Shown here: one piece after another, positions 36,978-47,007 of the stretch
How the letters are laid out: each line of letters starts with the position of its first letter
How positions within the stretch are numbered: the first letter of the stretch is position 1
Sequence record: MT446411.1
Source of the DNA: Escherichia virus TH40
Reading direction: 5' to 3' (one strand)
Length of the DNA: 64,000 bases
Position numbers and translations under genes: made by a program
Notes under the pieces: generated by a model
Database searches by the model: none
What the model was told of the DNA's origin: nothing
Seen by the model: the letters and a program-made list of their open reading frames with translations, nothing else

Positions 36978-37220
36978 TCATTTGGTTTCCTTGATGATAA
37001 TTACATGTGCATTTGATTTACGCTCAGCAACGAGTGCCCAGATAAATGCAATAAACCATCCGACCATTGTCCAACCTAACAGGAGGTTAACAAAGAAGAT
37101 TCCGCAATTACTTTTGGTTCCTCGCAGTAGCGCGATAATCCACGGCAGAAAATATGCCAGTGCAGCCAGGAAGAAAGAACCAGCACCAAGAACAACAGTA
37201 CCTGCAATTAATGTTTCCAT
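36978..37220 (-). CDS. imm: possible Imm immunity protein (two-TM)
   Basis: 80 aa, two hydrophobic helices, immediately upstream of 43 as in T4; sequence not verified. Confidence 0.45.
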   Translation of the reverse strand: METLIAGTVVLGAGSFFLAALAYFLPWIIALLRGTKSNCGIFFVNLLLGWTMVGWFIAFIWALVAERKSNAHVIIIKETK

Positions 37221-37260
37221 TTTAATATCCTTAATTTAATCATCAGTAGTTGATGGAGTA

Positions 37261-37289
37261 ATCATACGGCAATCCTTTGCCGTTGTAAA
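37261..37289 (-). promoter_or_regulatory. early promoter cassette (-35 TTTACA, -10 TATGAT) with catcagtagttgatgg leader
   Basis: Upstream of imm; stem CGGCAA/TTGCCG. Confidence 0.4.
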
Positions 37290-37292
37290 CAC

Positions 37293-40007
37293 TTAAAAAT
37301 CAAACATATCAAAAAGAGATGCTTTTTTCTCGTAATCAACCTTAGCTGCTTCAGAGAACCCTGTTAACGGTTTGACAAAAGTCTTCTGGAACAGTGTGTT
37401 GTAGTCCATCCACTGCAGAACCTGGTCACGAATTTCAATCGGGAGTTCAATCCCTGATGGCCATGCAATCACGGTTTCGCCAAACGGGTTACCAACTTTA
37501 AGAGGAAGCACATACACCTTTTCCCCTTCCATGATTTGTGGAACAGTCTTCAGCCCTTTAGTTGCACGCATATATGCAAGCACACCTTTGATATGAGCCG
37601 GGCACTTAAATCCAGGGAAACCACCCTCATTATATTTCTGGATGTTGTTAACTGATGATACACCCGCGATGGTCATGTAGTTAAGCTCATTAAATTCCTT
37701 ATTGAATTCCTTGAAGTATGTCTGCAGAGATTCTTCACCTTCTTGCAGCATGCGACGGATACATTCTTTCAGAGCTTTCTGGCATGCTTTTGGGGTGCTC
37801 GACTTTTGAGTTTCCAGACCCATGATTTTAAGTTTCGGAACAGCATATCGTGTGCCTTCCATATCGTACACATTCAGAGCATAACGCTTCTTCGCTGTCC
37901 AGAATCCACCAACACCTTTAGAACCCAGCGGAGGGCATGCAATCGCTTCACGGTCCATAAACATAAGGTGCTGTTTGTTGTTCATGTATTCAGCCAGCTC
38001 ACGGAAAGCTTTATCGATTGCCGGTTCCAGACGGTCTTTCGCAAACTTGTCCATGAAGTCAACCAGGTGGTTTGTATCGCGGAATTTAGATTCGCCACCA
38101 ACCTTTTTAATCAGGTTATCGCACTGAATATAAATGGAGTCAGTATCGCCATAGAATACATATGTTTCACCACTTGTACCACAAACACTATCAAAATATT
38201 CGTTAACTTTACGCTCAATCCACTGCAATGCAAGTTGACCAAAAGATGTAATTGCGGTTGCATTTCGCAGGTCAAAATAACGGAACCAGATATTACCCAG
38301 AGCACCATAACAACTGTTGATAAGCAGTTTACGGTTAATCTGTGCGGTCATGCCTGCAACTTCTTCCATCTGCGCTTTGTACAACATACCATTCAGAACT
38401 GTTTGATTCAGACCATGCAAGGCTGTTTTCATATTGTCATCAAAGTCATAACGATAATCAACTTCAGGCTCGGTTGTACCAACTCCTGGATTACGCAGAG
38501 CTTCCTTAATCAGTTCACCATTACGTTGAGCCGCAAGCATATAACCTTTGTGCTCTTTACGCTGATTAAACACCTTGGTGACTTCTGTCGGAATAATACC
38601 TGCAACATCTTTAAAATACATCATACCGTTTGGAGCACAACTAAATGTATCAGATGGACGGTCAGCAGTTCCTGCGATGTATTCGTACATTGGCGCTGGT
38701 GCAAATGAGCCGGCAATCGTTTCTGGACTGATGTTAATCTGTCGGATGATGCTCGGATACAGAGATGTTAAGTCACAGCTCATAACGTATTTGTATGCGT
38801 TCGGAATCGGTTCCTTAACAAATGCACCAGGGAACGATTGGCGAACATGCGATTTGGTTTCCGGAATGACTTTGTTTTGAGTCTTCAGGCTGTTAAAGAT
38901 AATCGCATCCCAAGTTTTGATTGGGCTGAATACAGACTGAATCTGCATTTTTGCGTAATAACCCATTGACTGGCTAAGGTTAATAAACTGTCGTTTACGG
39001 TCAATCTGTACAACACGATAAACATCGATGATGTTATAAGAAATATACCGTTGGTGATTTGATTCACGCAGTTTAGAAATCGGACCATCATACGGGAGTT
39101 TACCAACACCCAGCTCAGATTCTGCAACATAATCCAACGAATAAGATGGTTGGTTTGTGAAGCTGAACTTTTTGTACAGGTCCAGATAATCCAGAACAGA
39201 GATACCCAGAATCTGAATGATTTCTTGTTCTTCACCGAAACCGTTGTTAATGACCTTAACTTTTGTACGACGATGTGGACTCAGTCGTTTTGCCGTAGCT
39301 TCACCAAATACATTTTTAAGGCGGTTGTAGATATATGGAATATCAAACTTCTCGATGTTCCAACCAGTTAACATAACCGGAGTTTTCTCGTTCCAGAATA
39401 CCAAATACTGCTGGAGCATTTCTTCTTCTGAATCGAAAGCCATATAAACAATTTTTTCCAGGATTTCTTCAGGGACTTCATCGCCGCCATCTTCTTGCAG
39501 CTTAGCAGCAATATCGATAGACCATTGCTCCACAGTGGCGTATGGTGAGCTCAAAAGGTCAAAGACATAGAATTTATCGTCTATCGAATCATAGTGCGTC
39601 AGGGCATCAATAGGGTGACGTGCTTCAGACGGCTCAGGGAACCCATCAGGAGATGTCACCTCGATATCGAAGTTAGCCACACGGATTTTACTTGAATCGT
39701 ATTTGATTTCGTGTGGGTAACGGTCGGACAAGTACGCGAGTTTAAAGTCATCCATACCCATAGCTTCGAGACCCATGTCATTCATTCGCTTCATCCACTG
39801 GGATGCATCACGCATGGAATCGAATTCTTTTTTCACACAACCTTTATTATAGATGTCTGTATACTTTGCAGCCTGGTCTTCGCGGGCATGCATAAACAGG
39901 CATGGAGCATAGGGGATTTCACGAACACGTTCATGACCATTCTTGTCAATGTATCGTTCGAGTAGGTTGTCACCGATTTGTTCGATAGTTAAATAAAATT
40001 CTTGCAT
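37293..40007 (-). CDS. 43: DNA polymerase gp43 (family B)
   Basis: 904 aa; exonuclease motifs and YGDTDS. Confidence 0.95.
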   Translation of the reverse strand: MQEFYLTIEQIGDNLLERYIDKNGHERVREIPYAPCLFMHAREDQAAKYTDIYNKGCVKKEFDSMRDASQWMKRMNDMGLEAMGMDDFKLAYLSDRYPHEIKYDSSKIRVANFDIEVTSPDGFPEPSEARHPIDALTHYDSIDDKFYVFDLLSSPYATVEQWSIDIAAKLQEDGGDEVPEEILEKIVYMAFDSEEEMLQQYLVFWNEKTPVMLTGWNIEKFDIPYIYNRLKNVFGEATAKRLSPHRRTKVKVINNGFGEEQEIIQILGISVLDYLDLYKKFSFTNQPSYSLDYVAESELGVGKLPYDGPISKLRESNHQRYISYNIIDVYRVVQIDRKRQFINLSQSMGYYAKMQIQSVFSPIKTWDAIIFNSLKTQNKVIPETKSHVRQSFPGAFVKEPIPNAYKYVMSCDLTSLYPSIIRQINISPETIAGSFAPAPMYEYIAGTADRPSDTFSCAPNGMMYFKDVAGIIPTEVTKVFNQRKEHKGYMLAAQRNGELIKEALRNPGVGTTEPEVDYRYDFDDNMKTALHGLNQTVLNGMLYKAQMEEVAGMTAQINRKLLINSCYGALGNIWFRYFDLRNATAITSFGQLALQWIERKVNEYFDSVCGTSGETYVFYGDTDSIYIQCDNLIKKVGGESKFRDTNHLVDFMDKFAKDRLEPAIDKAFRELAEYMNNKQHLMFMDREAIACPPLGSKGVGGFWTAKKRYALNVYDMEGTRYAVPKLKIMGLETQKSSTPKACQKALKECIRRMLQEGEESLQTYFKEFNKEFNELNYMTIAGVSSVNNIQKYNEGGFPGFKCPAHIKGVLAYMRATKGLKTVPQIMEGEKVYVLPLKVGNPFGETVIAWPSGIELPIEIRDQVLQWMDYNTLFQKTFVKPLTGFSEAAKVDYEKKASLFDMFDF

Positions 40008-40072
40008 TTGGTTTCCTTTATAGTCGAGTGATTGACTTTTGTTTTATGACTTGATGTTATTATACTACAAAA

Positions 40073-40086
40073 GGGACCGAAGTCCC
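40073..40086 (-). terminator. rho-independent terminator GGGAC-CGAA-GTCCC
   Basis: Hairpin plus TTTTG; followed by TATAAT before gene 43. Confidence 0.6.
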
Positions 40087-40092
40087 TTTGCT

Positions 40093-40320
40093 TTAAATTT
40101 CTATTGTACGTCGTTCGATGGTTGGATTACCCTTTTCATCTTTAGTTCTAACCATAGCCTGGAAGACTCTCTGTCCAGGATGCAATAATTTCTTGAGTTC
40201 CTTTTGAAATTCTATTTGAAGTTCTTCGGAAAGGTCAAAAATGGTTTGAGTTGGGGAAAGTCCATATATTTCTTTAAGGCGTTCGCATGTTTCAATTTCA
40301 TACTTCATATCAATTACCAA
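40093..40320 (-). CDS. hypothetical protein
   Basis: 75-aa ORF between regA and 43. Confidence 0.5.
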   Translation of the reverse strand: MVIDMKYEIETCERLKEIYGLSPTQTIFDLSEELQIEFQKELKKLLHPGQRVFQAMVRTKDEKGNPTIERRTIEI

Positions 40321-40678
40321 TTGTATATTTGGCTACGAGCTTCCAGTCGTCTTTTTGTTTAAAGGAGATAACACGGAAGTTGTTTGTTACTGCGAACAAT
40401 TCATTACGCTCTTCTTCTTTGATAGTGATTAAGCCCCAGTCTTCGAGCAGTTGAGTGATGGAATCACGGCGCTGATAGTCTTCACCATCAATATCCACCT
40501 GGCGACCATCCATACGCAACATTTCTTTGAAGTGAACAATATAATAACGGCCTTGCTTCTGGAGGATGTGGCAGCTCTGGTACAGCACACGGTCTTTATT
40601 ATTTGCGATGCCCATACGGGTCAGAGTTTCTTTAACTTTCAGGAAGTCTTCAGGTTGCTTTAATGTAATTTCAATCAT
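40310..40678 (-). CDS. regA: translational repressor RegA
   Basis: 122 aa; MIEITLKQPEDFLKVKETLTRMGIANNKD.VLYQSCHILQK near-identical to T4 RegA. Confidence 0.9.
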   Translation of the reverse strand: MIEITLKQPEDFLKVKETLTRMGIANNKDRVLYQSCHILQKQGRYYIVHFKEMLRMDGRQVDIDGEDYQRRDSITQLLEDWGLITIKEEERNELFAVTNNFRVISFKQKDDWKLVAKYTIGN

Positions 40679-40679
40679 T

Positions 40680-41258
40680 TTACCATTCCAATATTTGTTT
40701 TTTAATTTCTTTTTGTTCTTTCACATTACTGGTAACTGTCTTTAAGAATTCATCCGTTACCAGACCTTTTGTCTTTTTCAAAACATCTTTAAGACTACCT
40801 TTGACTTTCAATGTTTCCATATACATCAAAGCATCATCAGCATTAATTGTATAATATTTCATTAAAAGCTTTAACACAAGCTGGACGCTGACTACATCCG
40901 GTTCAGCCTTTGCCCATTTACCATAACGTTTGCCTTGTGGAACCGCATGCAGCAAATAATTATAATGCTGCTGGTCTGTTAACCCGGCACCGATTAAGTT
41001 CATCACATTGACCTGCATAATGCAATCGACATGTTGGCTCAATGCGTTTTCTAACCAGAATTTATTGTAGTTTTCCGATTGAATCAGGTTTCGTGGTTTT
41101 TTACTAACGGTTATATCATTAAGAATCGCGAACAATTCATTTTCTGCTTTCTCTTTGTATGAATCGGACAATTCCTGAATTTTGTTAAAGTCGCGTGATT
41201 TCCACGCAACCTCATGTTCGTTTAATTGAACGTCATCATCAAAGAGACTTACAGCCAT
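40680..41258 (-). CDS. 62: clamp loader small subunit gp62
   Basis: 192 aa; position between regA and 44. Confidence 0.75.
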   Translation of the reverse strand: MAVSLFDDDVQLNEHEVAWKSRDFNKIQELSDSYKEKAENELFAILNDITVSKKPRNLIQSENYNKFWLENALSQHVDCIMQVNVMNLIGAGLTDQQHYNYLLHAVPQGKRYGKWAKAEPDVVSVQLVLKLLMKYYTINADDALMYMETLKVKGSLKDVLKKTKGLVTDEFLKTVTSNVKEQKEIKKQILEW

Positions 41259-42208
41259 TTCATTTCCCCAGCCAGTTGAGCAAACAGATAAGTCAAGTGA
41301 ACTTCGGTATTAGCTGCAATGCCATGGTACTGATTATTCTCACCCACAATCTCATACATACGGATGATGCTTGCACCAGTCAGTTTGCCGTACATTTCAT
41401 CAGCCAGCTTTGCAATGAAGTTTGAATAATCATTTGCGTGTTTAGGAGCCAGACCACGAAGAACTTTAAAGTTACGGTCCTTAAGGGCATCAATCACGTC
41501 ATCAATTGGCGTGCGATTGTTTGTCACGATGCTTAGAATACCGGAATCGATAACACCCTTTGCAGAGTAACGGTCAAGCTCATTAATTGTCTTACGCAGG
41601 TCCGGGAAGTTATGCTTAACCAGAGCAGCAACAACTTTCAGGTCTTCGATTTCAACGCCTTCGTTTTTACATATCGCGACTGCACGATGAATCATCTCTT
41701 TCATCATAGTGGTCTGGTCAGCTGGAGTTGCTTCACCAAACTTAATTACGCGACAACGAGACTGCAGCGGAGTGATGATGCCATCGATATTGTTCGCGGT
41801 CATAATGATTGAACAGTTGCTCGAATAAGCTTCCATAAAGCTACGAAGGTGTCGTTGTGATTCAGCCAGACCCGCGCGGTCGAACTCATCGATAACAATT
41901 ACCTTGCGGCGACCTTCGATTGATTTAGATGATGCAAAGCGAGTCAATTCATTACGCACAAAGTCAATTCGGCAATCGGAGCCGTTAACAAACAGCATAT
42001 CAGAATTCGTATCTGCGCACATAGCTTTTGCAACTGTTGTCTTACCAGTACCAGGGGAACTACTGACTAGAATCAAGTTAGGAATTAAACCTTTTTTAAC
42101 AATCGCCTCTAATGTTTCTTTATCATGAGCCGGGAGAATACACTCTGATAATGTACCTGGGCGGTATTTTTGTTCCCACATGAATTCTTTGTCATTAACC
42201 GTTAACAT
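41249..42208 (-). CDS. 44: clamp loader large subunit gp44 (AAA+)
   Basis: 319 aa; Walker A SSPGTGKTT. Confidence 0.9.
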   Translation of the reverse strand: MLTVNDKEFMWEQKYRPGTLSECILPAHDKETLEAIVKKGLIPNLILVSSSPGTGKTTVAKAMCADTNSDMLFVNGSDCRIDFVRNELTRFASSKSIEGRRKVIVIDEFDRAGLAESQRHLRSFMEAYSSNCSIIMTANNIDGIITPLQSRCRVIKFGEATPADQTTMMKEMIHRAVAICKNEGVEIEDLKVVAALVKHNFPDLRKTINELDRYSAKGVIDSGILSIVTNNRTPIDDVIDALKDRNFKVLRGLAPKHANDYSNFIAKLADEMYGKLTGASIIRMYEIVGENNQYHGIAANTEVHLTYLFAQLAGEMKWL

Positions 42209-42244
42209 ATATTTTCCTCATATTAGTTTCTACTTTGTACTCCA

Positions 42245-42260
42245 TGGGGCCGAAGCCCCA
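42245..42260 (-). other. stem-loop TGGGGC-CGAA-GCCCCA in the 45-44 intergenic region
   Basis: 6-bp GC stem with tetraloop; no T-run. Confidence 0.45.
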
Positions 42261-42264
42261 TTTA

Positions 42265-42960
42265 TTAATCTTGGAATTCGTGGCTAGAGCCTTGTTCCAT
42301 TGCAATCACATAGCTTGCTTGTGTGCCTTCAAACTTCGTAGCAAATTTATCATCTTTCGCCCAAAGCATAACACGGTAATCAGCCGGAATCATTTTCATG
42401 TTCAGTTTGTTAATGATAAATTTAAACGCTGCATCACCTTCGTAGTCGCCGCACACCAGGGAATACAATGGACGCGCTAACTCTTTATCTTCGAGCTGAT
42501 TATAACCATGGATAACAATCTTACCGTCTTTGTTGGTGATTGCAAAAGTATCCAGAGACAAACCACCAGCCACACGCAGAAGTTGTTGCAGGTCACTACC
42601 TTTCAGGTCGAAAATAACCTTAGCTACCGGGAAAGGAATCTTCTTAGCAGGGAACACGATAGTGCTCGGGTCTGCTGCAGGCCAGTGAATCGTTGAACGT
42701 TGGTCTTTGATAATGATGTTTGATGCGTCTTCAGCCAGAGATACTTCAGCTTGGTCAGTTACCAGGCCCAGGATACTTAAGAAGCCGTTCAGGTCATAAA
42801 TTGCGGCTTCAAAGTCGATTGTATCATTGATTTCGGCTTCGCCATATGACGCTCCAGTTACGGAACGAGTCAGGATGGTATTACCTGGCTTAAGCATAAT
42901 GCCAGAGTAAATGGAAGTGAAGTTTTTCAGAACTGCGATAGTGTCTTTAGAGAATTTCAT
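42265..42960 (-). CDS. 45: sliding clamp gp45
   Basis: 231 aa; position upstream of 44. Confidence 0.85.
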   Translation of the reverse strand: MKFSKDTIAVLKNFTSIYSGIMLKPGNTILTRSVTGASYGEAEINDTIDFEAAIYDLNGFLSILGLVTDQAEVSLAEDASNIIIKDQRSTIHWPAADPSTIVFPAKKIPFPVAKVIFDLKGSDLQQLLRVAGGLSLDTFAITNKDGKIVIHGYNQLEDKELARPLYSLVCGDYEGDAAFKFIINKLNMKMIPADYRVMLWAKDDKFATKFEGTQASYVIAMEQGSSHEFQD

Positions 42961-42990
42961 TTAATTACCTTTTATTCAAATCAAAATTAA

Positions 42991-43422
42991 TTAAGCAACA
43001 ACTGCCATTTGTTTGCGGATGGCTTCTGGAAGAGATTCAATATACTCTGGAAGTTGTGCAGCAATAATAGAACCAGCTTGCACCAGATGGTCGTCAGAGT
43101 TAACGCAATAATCATCTTCAAGACGTTCGGAACCATCACGGTCGATAACCAGTTTAGCACCAGCAGCTAGTGAATCGTTGTAGTGATTACGCATCAGTTC
43201 AATCCACTTATCAGATACATCAGTATCAATCACACCATACAGCATGAATTTAATTTCTTGCGGCAGAGACTGCAGACGGGTAGCAGATGCTTCATCGCAT
43301 GCCAGGACCCAGGATTTACGAACACGGTTTTGGTTATGCGGGTTAGCGTCAGTGCGGATGGTTTTAACTTGGATATCTTTAGCAGTTACGTTGTTCATAA
43401 TATTCTCTCTATTCATTATCAA
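42991..43422 (-). CDS. rpbA: possible RpbA (RNA polymerase-binding protein)
   Basis: 143 aa at the T4 rpbA position between 45 and 46. Confidence 0.4.
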   Translation of the reverse strand: MIMNRENIMNNVTAKDIQVKTIRTDANPHNQNRVRKSWVLACDEASATRLQSLPQEIKFMLYGVIDTDVSDKWIELMRNHYNDSLAAGAKLVIDRDGSERLEDDYCVNSDDHLVQAGSIIAAQLPEYIESLPEAIRKQMAVVA

Positions 43423-43674
43423 TTAATCAAAGTATTCATATGCGAACCAGGCATTGTGTCTGTTCGCGATTATTTTAACATATTCTTCACCGAAAGCGTT
43501 TTGCAAGTCACGTTCAGTGACAAGGTGTTCATCTTTCGAAAAGGTATTAACTAACACATACCGTTTAATTTCAGGGACAGCCAATAAATGCTGCCCGGTT
43601 AAGAAGTCAGCCATAATAGCCTCTATTATAACATCCTTGTTTAAAGCATTATTCCATAACAGTGAATCGACCAA
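43423..43674 (-). CDS. hypothetical protein
   Basis: 83-aa ORF. Confidence 0.45.
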   Translation of the reverse strand: MVDSLLWNNALNKDVIIEAIMADFLTGQHLLAVPEIKRYVLVNTFSKDEHLVTERDLQNAFGEEYVKIIANRHNAWFAYEYFD

Positions 43675-45331
43675 CTTTTTTCATCTGGAGATGTTGCCCG
43701 TATGCTTCCGGGTCATGGTCTCGGTGACTGATAATAAAGATGTTGGTGTCTTCCAATTTGTTCAGGATGGTAGCAATTGCTTTAACACCCTCTACATCCG
43801 TGGCCGAGTCAAAAACTTCATCCAGAATCAAGGTGTTAATATTAACACCAGATACTTTCGCAGCAATATCACGCCATGTAAACAGCAATGCAATATCGAT
43901 ACGAGCTTTTTCACCCTGGCTAAATGATGCATAGCTGAAGTCTTCACGTCCACGAGATTTAATCGTTTCGTTGAACTCTTCATCTAACGTAAAACTATAA
44001 TCAGCTTCCATAACTTTAAGGTAAGCGTTTATCTGCTTATTAAAGATAGGAATATATTTCTTAATAATCGCGCCTTTGATACCGGAATCTTTCAACATAT
44101 CCGTTAGGATGCCACGTTGATATTTTTCCATCACAAGGTCGGATTTCTGTTTGACTATTTTATCAAGCTGGTCTTGAAGCATTTTAATGTCTGCTGCATG
44201 GTCAATAAATTCTGACTTAGCTTGCTCGATTAATGCTTTAACCTTTTTAGCTTTTTCGACAGTCTGGACTAAGGTTTGTTTCTTAGTTTGAATGTCTTGA
44301 GCTATTGTACGTTGTTTTTGTCTTGCAGCAGAATACGCATCAAATTGCTCCTGAACAGCTTTCTGGCGAGCTTTATGGTTATCAGCTGATACATTACATT
44401 CTTCAATCTTTGACTCAATCCTGGCGACAATAGGGTCTCCTGGATGCAACTGACTGGCACAAGTCTGACAACAACCACCTTTCTCGTACAGACCAACAAC
44501 CTTTCGGTAATCGTCTATCTTCGACTTAATCAGGAATGATTCCTGCTTTAACTTCGTTAGTTCATGCTCAGGGTCTTCTCCCAAGATTATCTCGGTCAGT
44601 CTTGTCGTTGCTTCTTCGATAGTTGTCTTAATTCCACGTGCTTCTGTGGCAAGTTCATCATACATCGTTTGCAGCCGCAACAGATTATCACCTGATAATT
44701 TTCTTTGACGGTCTTCGTTGTCCTGATAGATTTTAATCTGTTGAACAATACCATCATGCTGCACATCCATCACCTGGATTTGACTATTGACTTCGCGGAT
44801 AAGAGATTTGTTCAGCTTATCCATATCGGCCAGTACAGAAACCTCTAAAAGGTCTTCGACAAGTTTTCTTCTTGCAGGAGTGGATAGGCCCATAAAAGGG
44901 GTATATCCAGCTGTGCCGAGTACGACAATTTGTTTGAAACTGGCGTATGACATTCCGATAAGCTGTTCAAATTCCGCTTGGAAGTCTTTACTGCTGGCAG
45001 ATTCATCAAGACGTTTACCGCCACAAGAGATTTCAAAAACATTGGGTTTTTGCCCGCGTTTGATATAGTATTCTTTTCCATCATATTCCATCCACAATTC
45101 AACGAGCATATCTTTTTTGTTGCTCGAGTTAATCAACTGGCCTTTCTTTACATCACGGAAAGGCTTACCGAACATAGCAAAGGTAACCGCTTCAAGGAAC
45201 GTAGATTTACCTGCACCATTCTTACCGGTGACCAGAGTTTTCTGGACTTTATCCAGTTCAACAGTAATCGGTTGAGCACCAACCGACATAATATTTTTAT
45301 AGATAACTTTCTTAAGCTTAAAATTCTTCAC
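43649..45331 (-). CDS. 46: recombination endonuclease subunit gp46 (SbcC/Rad50-like)
   Basis: 560 aa; Walker A GKNGAGKST; extensive match to T4 gp46. Confidence 0.95.
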   Translation of the reverse strand: MKNFKLKKVIYKNIMSVGAQPITVELDKVQKTLVTGKNGAGKSTFLEAVTFAMFGKPFRDVKKGQLINSSNKKDMLVELWMEYDGKEYYIKRGQKPNVFEISCGGKRLDESASSKDFQAEFEQLIGMSYASFKQIVVLGTAGYTPFMGLSTPARRKLVEDLLEVSVLADMDKLNKSLIREVNSQIQVMDVQHDGIVQQIKIYQDNEDRQRKLSGDNLLRLQTMYDELATEARGIKTTIEEATTRLTEIILGEDPEHELTKLKQESFLIKSKIDDYRKVVGLYEKGGCCQTCASQLHPGDPIVARIESKIEECNVSADNHKARQKAVQEQFDAYSAARQKQRTIAQDIQTKKQTLVQTVEKAKKVKALIEQAKSEFIDHAADIKMLQDQLDKIVKQKSDLVMEKYQRGILTDMLKDSGIKGAIIKKYIPIFNKQINAYLKVMEADYSFTLDEEFNETIKSRGREDFSYASFSQGEKARIDIALLFTWRDIAAKVSGVNINTLILDEVFDSATDVEGVKAIATILNKLEDTNIFIISHRDHDPEAYGQHLQMKKVGRFTVME

Positions 45332-45546
45332 AAAAGATTCCTTTTAATGTATCTTTTAGACCATTCTATCATATCATCATAATCTAAAAAGCATTCATCA
45401 AATTCAGCCATGCAAACAACACCTTGTGCTGCTTTTGATGTGATATAAATTATTCCAATATATCTAGAATCTTCTTCGGTATAATCAATATTTGCTACGA
45501 ATTCATCACCAAGATTAAATTCAAAAGTCTTCATCATAATAAGCAT
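45328..45546 (-). CDS. hypothetical protein
   Basis: 72-aa ORF. Confidence 0.45.
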   Translation of the reverse strand: MLIMMKTFEFNLGDEFVANIDYTEEDSRYIGIIYITSKAAQGVVCMAEFDECFLDYDDMIEWSKRYIKRNLL

Positions 45547-45784
45547 CCTTGATGCATGATTCAGCCATATGAATTAATGTCTCTGGAGTATCATCTTCCA
45601 TTACATTAAAGCTAAATTCTACGGCCCAATCGGTGACTACATAGACTTTGATAAGTTGACCGGTTTCCCGGTCAGTGATAGCTTCAAACCAATACTTAAT
45701 AGTATTCGGTTGATTATCGTCGTCAACCACATCACATTCGCGGATATGTTCAAGCCCCGCTTCATTAAAATCATAAAGTCTCAT
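45521..45784 (-). CDS. hypothetical protein
   Basis: 87-aa ORF. Confidence 0.45.
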   Translation of the reverse strand: MRLYDFNEAGLEHIRECDVVDDDNQPNTIKYWFEAITDRETGQLIKVYVVTDWAVEFSFNVMEDDTPETLIHMAESCIKDAYYDEDF

Positions 45785-46800
45785 GGTTGCACCTCAAGAT
45801 ATAATTTGTTAGCCAATGCTTTGAGAGCTTTTGATTCTTTCTCATTGGCATCAGGCAATGCATCGATATATTCTGCCATCATATCAGTTAAGCGTTTTAT
45901 GTCTAACTCTTCTTCGGAGTCAGTCGTATCAACACTGTTATCAACCTTATTGACAACACGCAATTCATGCACACGCTTTTCTAATTCGGATTCGAACTTG
46001 GTCAGGTCTTTATCGACTTTTTCTACAATAACACGGACTGATAAGTCTTTGAAGTCGTCGTAGTTAATAGTTTCGTTTGGATAGAAAATCTTCCGATGCC
46101 AGGTGGTTTCATTCGGAATAAATTTCATCTCTTCGGTTTCGGTATCAAATTCCCAGAACCCACGCGGGTCGTTCTCATCACCCGCTGTTAATGTCCATGG
46201 TGTCCCGATGTACTTAACGTTCGCAGCTTCTGAAATGGTATGGAAGTGCCCAGACCAAACTTGTTTGTACTTCTTAAGGAAATCAGGCTCAAGCCCGTGG
46301 GATTTCAGTCCTTTATAGAAATAAAACCCGGTTAATTCCCAGTGACCGATGCAATATTCAGCCCCAGAAGTTTTGATGTGTTGATGAATGTCAGTCGCGT
46401 TCTCGTCACACATCCATGGAATCATATCAATCTGGCAACCGTCAAAATCAACAGTCGTTGGCTTATCGTAGATTTTAACATGGTCATACTTATTCAGGAG
46501 CTCAGTGATAGCATTAGGATGAATCTTATTCTTCAGATTCATGTCATGGTTCCCGACTATCGTGTGCATAGTAATTCCTGCTTCACGAAGGAGTTCCATA
46601 ATCTCACGGCTGAATTCCATCGTCTTATGCGTTACGGCCTTACGGACGTCAAAAATATCACCATACTGAATCCAGACTTTAATTCCATTCGCTTTGGAAT
46701 ATGCAATCGCCTGTAAAATACCATCACGTTGAATGTTTTGAGCCCATGGGTCGTCAGCTTTGACCCCTAAGTGCCAATCACCTAAATTTAAAATTTTCAT
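45781..46800 (-). CDS. 47: recombination endonuclease subunit gp47 (SbcD/Mre11-like)
   Basis: Trimmed to MKILNLGDWHLG...; phosphoesterase motifs GDIFD, GNHD. Confidence 0.95.
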   Translation of the reverse strand: MKILNLGDWHLGVKADDPWAQNIQRDGILQAIAYSKANGIKVWIQYGDIFDVRKAVTHKTMEFSREIMELLREAGITMHTIVGNHDMNLKNKIHPNAITELLNKYDHVKIYDKPTTVDFDGCQIDMIPWMCDENATDIHQHIKTSGAEYCIGHWELTGFYFYKGLKSHGLEPDFLKKYKQVWSGHFHTISEAANVKYIGTPWTLTAGDENDPRGFWEFDTETEEMKFIPNETTWHRKIFYPNETINYDDFKDLSVRVIVEKVDKDLTKFESELEKRVHELRVVNKVDNSVDTTDSEEELDIKRLTDMMAEYIDALPDANEKESKALKALANKLYLEVQP

Positions 46801-46940
46801 AAGCCAAGCACCGTTATCGCAATGCAAAATAAAATTACTGAAATGAACCCGTCAGGAGTAGAAAAGAATCCTATCCAACAAGCTCTTGTGAATGTGTAGA
46901 ATGCCATGAATAGCACGACATATCCTAAAAATAATTCCAT
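46797..46940 (-). CDS. small membrane protein (47 aa)
   Basis: MELFLGYVVLFMAFYTF...; stop overlaps gp47 ATG. Confidence 0.4.
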   Translation of the reverse strand: MELFLGYVVLFMAFYTFTRACWIGFFSTPDGFISVILFCIAITVLGL

Positions 46941-46990
46941 ATACTCTCCTCAGTTGGTTCATTTTATCATCCCGAATATAAAGCAAAAAA

Positions 46991-47007
46991 GGAAGCACTA
47001 GGCTTCC
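46991..47007 (-). terminator. rho-independent terminator GGAAGC-loop-GCTTCC
   Basis: Hairpin followed by TTTTTTG on - strand. Confidence 0.6.

Noticed and set aside
37743-38708. 321-aa + strand ORF
   Set aside because: Lies entirely antisense within DNA polymerase gene 43; Cys/Phe-rich junk-like composition, no SD; treated as a chance antisense frame.
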